Source: Nitrospirota bacterium
Lineage (GTDB): Bacteria; Nitrospirota; UBA9217
Length of the DNA: 64,000 bases
Direction: 5' to 3'
Assembly (NCBI GenBank): GCA_963751455.1
Contig: CAVVUN010000012.1
Span: forward strand, 448,001-512,000
This document shows positions 57,501-64,000 of the stretch, in pieces. The translations under genes were made by a program, and so were the position numbers. How positions within the stretch are numbered: position 1 is the first letter of the stretch; every line of letters starts with the position of its first letter. Below the pieces are notes generated by a model that saw nothing but the letters and a program-made list of their open reading frames with translations, was not told the origin of the DNA and made no database searches.

Positions 57501-60500
57501 CTCAGCATATCGCTGAGGAATATTACAACCCGTCGCCTCGCTTCGTCCCTAAACTCTGCGCTTCAATGAGGCCTCAGCATATCGCTGAGGAATATGGCGA
57601 AGCAGCATTACGGCTGGTACACGGGGACGTCGCTTCAATGAGGCCTCAGCATATCGCTGAGGAATATATTGCAATGGCGGCTGATGCCAAATCCCCTACT
57701 TTGCTTCAATGAGGCCTCAGCATATCGCTGAGGAATATGGAGCTGGCAACGATCGAGGAGGCGATCGTAAAAAATGCTTCAATGAGGCCTCAGCATATCG
57801 CTGAGGAATATCGCGCGCAGACAGGCCATGGCAAAGCAGACCAGGCTGTTGCTTCAATGAGGCCTCAGCATATCGCTGAGGAATATCTGTCAGGCACCAG
57901 TTCATAAAGGTGAAAAGGCCGTTCGCTTCAATGAGGCCTCAGCATATCGCTGAGGAATATGGCTGAAAAGATCGCTCGAGTGAACCACGATCTCTTGCTT
58001 CAATGAGGCCTCAGCATATCGCTGAGGAATATCGGAAAAAGCAGAGTCCTGGTCGAAAGAGCGTTTCATGCTTCAATGAGGCCTCAGCATATCGCTGAGG
58101 AATATCGTCAGCTTCAACTACGGAGGCTCTCATGGCAAAGATGCTTCAATGAGGCCTCAGCATATCGCTGAGGAATATGGCGTCTTTCTTCACGGGCTTT
58201 TCCTTCCATTCCTTGCTTCAATGAGGCCTCAGCATATCGCTGAGGAATATCCTAGCTCCGCTTTCTATTCCAACTTCTGACAGAAACTGCTTCAATGAGG
58301 CCTCAGCATATCGCTGAGGAATATAGGGCGGTATGAGTGATGAAACACTTGAAATGCAGGCTTCAATGAGGCCTCAGCATATCGCTGAGGAATATACGCC
58401 GGAGGCGACGTCAAACAATTCCATAGAATTCAGGCTTCAATGAGGCCTCAGCATATCGCTGAGGAATATATCGACTTCGCCGTGGTAAAGACATATCGGT
58501 TTATAGCTTCAATGAGGCCTCAGCATATCGCTGAGGAATATGGAGGGAAGATTTTGTCCGACCTGCCACATAACTTTTAAGCTTCAATGAGGCCTCAGCA
58601 TATCGCTGAGGAATATGGATCTATCGCCTGGCGGGAATTCCTGAAGCGGCCAAAGCTTCAATGAGGCCTCAGCATATCGCTGAGGAATATTTCCTCATTT
58701 CAACCACGTCACATACAGCGGCACTGGCTTCAATGAGGCCTCAGCATATCGCTGAGGAATATGAGCGAAACCGCTTTATCATGGCATCGCAGCCGATGCT
58801 TCAATGAGGCCTCAGCATATCGCTGAGGAATATACTTCGGATATTCTGAACGTCGCTACGATGCAATTTGGGCTTCAATGAGGCCTCAGCATATCGCTGA
58901 GGAATATCTCACAGAAAACAGCGTGTTCGAATACTACACGCCGGCTTCAATGAGGCCTCAGCATATCGCTGAGGAATATAAAACAACTTATACGTCAGCT
59001 GCCGAGACCACAGCGCTTCAATGAGGCCTCAGCATATCGCTGAGGAATATGCGGCGGAAAATAACACATGGAAGGGCGTCACGTATGGGCTTCAATGAGG
59101 CCTCAGCATATCGCTGAGGAATATTCCCTATCACGATAAGCCTCGATATGATATCAGAATGCTTCAATGAGGCCTCAGCATATCGCTGAGGAATATCATT
59201 CCGGATAGGCGAGGTCTTCGCCGGGTGCGCCGCTTCAATGAGGCCTCAGCATATCGCTGAGGAATATAGAACAGCATCCTGGTCGACAATGCCGGCGTCA
59301 CGAAGCTTCAATGAGGCCTCAGCATATCGCTGAGGAATATTGATCGGGCCGGTGCCGACGCCGGTTGTGGATGATGAGCTTCAATGAGGCCTCAGCATAT
59401 CGCTGAGGAATATGCCCGAAAGCGCGGCAACGTTCGCGGGCCGCGCGGGCTTCAATGAGGCCTCAGCATATCGCTGAGGAATATAAATACAATATTGGAT
59501 ATATCTGACATTTCAGTTTTGCTTCAATGAGGCCTCAGCATATCGCTGAGGAATATATGCTCTAAACTTGATCTCTCGCACGGTTCCCTTTCCGCTTCAA
59601 TGAGGCCTCAGCATATCGCTGAGGAATATAATATGCCTGCTGCAAAATTCCGGGGATTCGACAACCAGCTTCAATGAGGCCTCAGCATATCGCTGAGGAA
59701 TATAGAGCGCATAGAGCATGGCGTTGAATGGGAGGACCATGCTTCAATGAGGCCTCAGCATATCGCTGAGGAATATAGCTCCGCTGTCGCCCAATTGTCC
59801 GTGGAATAGTAGACGCTTCAATGAGGCCTCAGCATATCGCTGAGGAATATCCGGGGACTGACGCCGGAGCGGCTCGCCGCGATCCTGCTTCAATGAGGCC
59901 TCAGCATATCGCTGAGGAATATAAACTGCATTACATGCAAACTCAAAACAACCTGCCTGCTTCAATGAGGCCTCAGCATATCGCTGAGGAATATACTCCC
60001 GCTGTCGCAGTCGTAAACGCTGGGCACTGGCGCTTCAATGAGGCCTCAGCATATCGCTGAGGAATATAAAAACCTATGGACGTAATTCTCGCAGACATAC
60101 AAAGCTTCAATGAGGCCTCAGCATATCGCTGAGGAATATGCTGACGTTTGGTTGTGTGATTTGGTGAATCTACGGCTTCAATGAGGCCTCAGCATATCGC
60201 TGAGGAATATGCTGCCGGCGAGTCCGGGCGGCCGCGAAAGCGCCGAGCTTCAATGAGGCCTCAGCATATCGCTGAGGAATATGCCGATATAGAGCTTGCG
60301 CAGACCCGCGGTATTCGGCTTCAATGAGGCCTCAGCATATCGCTGAGGAATATGATATGTTTGCGTTCGGCGAGACAGGCATTGTTGTGCTTCAATGAGG
60401 CCTCAGCATATCGCTGAGGAATATACGCCATGCGCCATGCCCCATGCGCCATGCATCACTTAGCTTCAATGAGGCCTCAGCATATCGCTGAGGAATATCT

Positions 60501-60931
60501 CATAACGCGTCGTTTTCTCCTCTTTGGACCAAGGGCTTCAATGAGGCCTCAGCATATCGCTGAGGAATATATTATAGGCCAGATTGAAGTCGCCGACGAA
60601 TTTTCTCGCTTCAATGAGGCCTCAGCATATCGCTGAGGAATATGTGCACCGGCGCAATCGGGCGGCAGCGCAACATAAGCTTCAATGAGGCCTCAGCATA
60701 TCGCTGAGGAATATACCCGCACAGGAGATAAATATGAAAACCACTACAAGCTTCAATGAGGCCTCAGCATATCGCTGAGGAATATTCCGCACTCTCTTGT
60801 GGGACGTACTGCTCGGGTTTAGTGCTTCAATGAGGCCTCAGCATATCGCTGAGGAATATAAGACGCACAACAATCCTAAATACGGAGGGCCAGATGCTTC
60901 AATGAGGCCTCAGCATATCGCTGAGGAATAT
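54582..60931 (-). CRISPR. CRISPR array, 36-bp repeat ATATTCCTCAGCGATATGCTGAGGCCTCATTGAAGC; ~87 full repeats plus one degenerate trailer repeat, spacers ~35-40 bp
   Basis: Regular repeats counted by eye; degenerate copies at 54582-54605 and 54645 (extra G) mark the trailer end; repeat resembles type I-G/I-U repeats ending CCTCATTGAAGC. Confidence 0.99.
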
Positions 60932-61161
60932 GGCATCTATCGTAACCTTCTGTATCCGGAAGGGTTTTTCTTATTTCTGCGAGTACCTGAAATTTCTAAG
61001 GTCTTTTGCTGCTTTTCGGTCATATGGTCCTTACCTCCTTTTACTAAAAACTCTCAATTGTCAAAGAACTAAGGCGTCGCGAGCGCTATCCGGCAAAATC
61101 ACATCACTGGAGCGCTCGCAACCCATCGGCAAAGAAAATATTTACAAATCTTAAAATTATT
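60932..61161 (-). promoter_or_regulatory. CRISPR leader
   Basis: Non-coding, AT-richer segment between cas2 and the intact end of the array; GCGAGCGCT..AGCGCTCGC inverted motif. Confidence 0.75.
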
Positions 61162-61452
61162 CTACACGACAACTGCTTCCCGCACAATAGGCTTAAAGCT
61201 TCTCCCGAGACTAGTAATCCGCGGATCGATGCCCTCGGCCGGACCAAGGTCCAGCATGATAACATGGTCCTTGTCGTCCATGATCAGGCCGTCGAGCTGA
61301 CTCATAAGCTGCATGTACCGCTTCTTACTGAGGCGGCATTGAAACACCGAGAGCTGAAGCCATTGGCCGTAACCGTTCATCAGTTTAAACACCCTTCGCC
61401 ATCGTTTTTGATCTTCGATGTCGTACGTAACGATGTAAAGATGCTCTTCCAT
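61162..61452 (-). CDS. cas2: CRISPR-associated endonuclease Cas2
   Basis: YIVTYDIED.KRWRRV, GQWLQLSVF. Confidence 0.95.
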   Translation of the reverse strand: MEEHLYIVTYDIEDQKRWRRVFKLMNGYGQWLQLSVFQCRLSKKRYMQLMSQLDGLIMDDKDHVIMLDLGPAEGIDPRITSLGRSFKPIVREAVVV

Positions 61453-61456
61453 AGCA

Positions 61457-63172
61457 TCACCTCGTTGTGAAATTCGGATAATCCGGGATGTCGTTCAGCA
61501 GAAACCTTCCAAGCAACCGGGCCTGAATCTCAAACAACCTGCGGTAATTCACCTTGTATCCGAAGATCGGATGGGTTATCTCCTGGGCCAGCCGCCGCTC
61601 AAAGGAAGTGATAAACCGCTTTCTACCATCGTCGGTCAGCGCGACGCTGCCTGCTGCATTGATAAAATCCGATGGCCGCACTTCCCCGTTGTTTATCGCC
61701 TGGATCACGGATGAATCCGCGATGATAGGCCGGAAAGGCTCCATCATATCGAGGCTAAGTGCCGGCCTTCCATAGCGCGGCTGATGATAGAACCCGCGAT
61801 AAGGATCGAAACCCACGGCGGAAAGCGTCACAGTCCATGTCCTCGTCAGAATCGAATAGGCATAGGAAAGCAAGGCATTCACCGGGTCCGTCGGCGGACG
61901 CCGGTTCCGGTTAGTGAACTCGAAACGCAGGCTTTGAGGATCGCCGTCCTTCTTGATAAGATTGTCGAAGCTGCCGAAATACCGCTGTGCAGCCATACCC
62001 TCGATGCCCAGAAGCGAAGACAGGTCTTTGGCCCTCTGACAATCATCGGCATAACGCTTCAACTCGTCCAGCAGGGCCTCCGGCTTTTCCTCGCCGCGCC
62101 AGTTCCTTCTGAGCAGGGTCCGGCTATTCGCGATCTTCGCGCGCACCAGCCCGCGCGCAAGGCGAAGGCAAAGCTTCTCATCGAAGCTCGTCCGGTACTG
62201 GGCCGTGCGGAGTTCCACGTTCTTGTGCCCCACGCCCATGCTGTGCCCCAGAAACCAGCCGCCATAGGAATGCCACGTGATCGGGATCTCACGGCGCATG
62301 AGTTCATGAAGCGTCGGGGTAGTAACATATACATTGCCGAAGATCACAAGCTGCGACACGTCGATAAGCCGTACCGTTGCCTGGTGCTGATCGTTCACGG
62401 TGACTTCCAGCGTCTCTCCGCTCTTGGCGACCTTCCCATGGCTCGCCTGCACATACAGCGGCAGGGCCTCCTCGCGCGCAACCGCGAGGGGCCGCGGCGC
62501 TTCACCCGCATGGCCCAGATAGTTCACCTCGTCCGGAAGGCATATCGCCGCAAGCGAGCAGCGCGGGCACTTCGGACTGTCATTGAGCGGAGGAGGAATC
62601 TGGCCGCCTCCCGCAATGCAGCGGAGGCCGTTCACCGCAGCCAGGGTCTTGGCGCGCAGCTCCTCGTCGAAATCCACCTGCACCCGCTCGCGCGACTCCG
62701 CGAAGTACAGGACTCCGGACTCGCAAGCGTAGCCATGCTCTTCGAGGATCATGCCCTGCACGCAGACCTGGATGCGCTCAGGGTCATAAGCGCCCTTTGC
62801 AGTATGAGGCCGCTTGCCGCGCTTATAATCCACGGGCGTGATTGTGCTGCCCTCGCCCTCCACCAGGTCCATCTTCGCGATCAAACCAAGACGGTTCGAG
62901 GAAAGCGTGATTGACCGCGCATGGATGCGCTCATTCTCTTCGGCTTCGCCTGGCGCGGGTAGATTGCCTTTTTTCTCGTCCACCCTGCGATGCGTGTACT
63001 TGCCCTCGACCGTGTCCGCTGACTCGGCCCACTCTCCCTGGACCCATTCGAGGTACGCCAGGCGCGGACAGTACTCGTACTCGTTCACCATCCGGGCCGG
63101 CAGCATCGGCAGGTCCCCGGACAGCTCCGGAAAAGGAAGCGGCAGATCTCTTTGGACTTCGTCGGTATCCAT
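61457..63172 (-). CDS. cas1: Cas4-Cas1 fusion (type I-G/I-U-like)
   Basis: Cas4: YEYCPRL, DLVE, VDYKRG, KCPRCSL..C; Cas1: LLGIEG, RNRRPPTDPVNALLS, GFYH, LDMMEPFRP. Confidence 0.95.
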   Translation of the reverse strand: MDTDEVQRDLPLPFPELSGDLPMLPARMVNEYEYCPRLAYLEWVQGEWAESADTVEGKYTHRRVDEKKGNLPAPGEAEENERIHARSITLSSNRLGLIAKMDLVEGEGSTITPVDYKRGKRPHTAKGAYDPERIQVCVQGMILEEHGYACESGVLYFAESRERVQVDFDEELRAKTLAAVNGLRCIAGGGQIPPPLNDSPKCPRCSLAAICLPDEVNYLGHAGEAPRPLAVAREEALPLYVQASHGKVAKSGETLEVTVNDQHQATVRLIDVSQLVIFGNVYVTTPTLHELMRREIPITWHSYGGWFLGHSMGVGHKNVELRTAQYRTSFDEKLCLRLARGLVRAKIANSRTLLRRNWRGEEKPEALLDELKRYADDCQRAKDLSSLLGIEGMAAQRYFGSFDNLIKKDGDPQSLRFEFTNRNRRPPTDPVNALLSYAYSILTRTWTVTLSAVGFDPYRGFYHQPRYGRPALSLDMMEPFRPIIADSSVIQAINNGEVRPSDFINAAGSVALTDDGRKRFITSFERRLAQEITHPIFGYKVNYRRLFEIQARLLGRFLLNDIPDYPNFTTR

Positions 63173-63283
63173 AAAAACCTTTAAATTGTCGTAACAGCTG
63201 CGTAAACCGTTAAGCAAACCGTTTAAACCGTTTTTATCGTTTCAAGCCGGTCTGCGGAAGTCTCCCCTTGACCTAGTTCATGC

Positions 63284-64000
63284 TTAATCTTTACGCCGTC
63301 CCTTTCTTCTTTTTTCAATCTGCTTCATATCCTTGACCGCTTCAAGAAACTGCCGTTCAACCTGAGACGGTTCGTTCAGACGTTCCTGGCGGTATCGCTC
63401 ATATTCAGCGTGAGCTTTCTCCAACGCCTTGTCATGACTGATCTTCCCGGCATGGCGCAAAACATCGCGCCCGCTGAGCTTCAGAAAATCATCCAGTTTT
63501 GAGATCCATTCGCGCATGTACATGGGTTTTCGGGAAAGCGCCTGAAGCTCGGCGAATTCCAGGTACATGGTAACAAGCCTGTTCAGCACATCCAGCTCTT
63601 TCTCGTTCAGGTAGTTCTTGGCGATTTCCGCATCGGTCTTTTGCGGTTTGCCGCCTGACCAGGAAGTCATGCCCATGTTCGGCTTGGCCGCGTCCGCCCT
63701 ATTGTGGATGATCTCCGCGGCCGTATGCCCGTGCGCGGCCCAATGCATTTTGTTCTGCACCGCCGCGAAGAACCGTTGCGAAAGATCGACGTGCGGATCA
63801 TAGTCTATGCTGGTGGCGTAGATATCCAAAACCTTCAGCCAAAAGACCTTTTCGGAAGAGCGAATATCCCGGATACGGGCCAGCAACTCATCGAAATAAT
63901 TGCCGCCTCCGGCCTGCTTCAGCCGTTCGTCGTCCATGGCGAAGCCCTTGACAATGTATTCCCGCAGCCGCTGGGTGGCCCAGATGCGGAACTGCGTACC
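63284..64000 (-). CDS. RhuM family (virulence-RhuM / DNA-binding) protein, 5' end outside the window
   Basis: GTQFRIWATQRLREYIVKGFAMDDERLK, YFDELLARIRDIRSSEK, VQNKMHWAAHGHTAAE, AKNYL. Confidence 0.92.
   Translation of the reverse strand, partial: GTQFRIWATQRLREYIVKGFAMDDERLKQAGGGNYFDELLARIRDIRSSEKVFWLKVLDIYATSIDYDPHVDLSQRFFAAVQNKMHWAAHGHTAAEIIHNRADAAKPNMGMTSWSGGKPQKTDAEIAKNYLNEKELDVLNRLVTMYLEFAELQALSRKPMYMREWISKLDDFLKLSGRDVLRHAGKISHDKALEKAHAEYERYRQERLNEPSQVERQFLEAVKDMKQIEKRRKGRRKD

Noticed and set aside
54582-60931. Spacers self-targeting within this window
   Set aside because: No match noticed by eye; an exhaustive alignment could not be run, so this is unproven rather than excluded
55884-61072. 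Short ORFs with repeated ASMRPQHIAEEY / IPQRYAEASLK peptides
   Set aside because: They are translations of the CRISPR repeat, not genes

Overview
Bacterial chromosomal window. The gene style suggests an anaerobic or microaerobic Nitrospirota- or Deltaproteobacteria-like organism (inference only). The housekeeping backbone, mostly on the - strand, comprises groESL, ftsEX-envC-ctpA, a split transketolase, tRNA-Leu(CAA), corA, a 2-oxoacid:ferredoxin oxidoreductase, hrcA-grpE-dnaK-dnaJ with three perfect CIRCE boxes, moaAC and a PPi-type phosphofructokinase. Three accessory zones interrupt it. (1) About 9.4-15.3 kb is a decayed integration hotspot behind tRNA-Leu, with repeated tRNA 3' ends, an integrase relic, a collapsed type I RM locus, Fic and antitoxin relics. 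(2) About 21.0-30.6 kb is a 9.5-kb integrase-less island bracketed by a 42-bp duplication of the lemA 3' end. It carries TA genes, GNATs and a ~1540-aa surface lipoprotein whose C-terminal DUF1566/CLec end has the codon signature of a diversity-generating retroelement variable region; no RT or template repeat is visible in the window. (3) About 54.6-64 kb is a type I-G(I-U)-like CRISPR locus with ~87 spacers, cas2, a cas4-cas1 fusion and an adjacent RhuM-family gene. Features missed by the ORF track include a 71-aa UXX-star-type protein with two in-frame UGA codons each followed by a SECIS-like hairpin, a small DnaJ-type zinc-finger ORF with an in-frame UAG, and several intergenic repeat/MITE families. 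All counts and alignments were done by eye.
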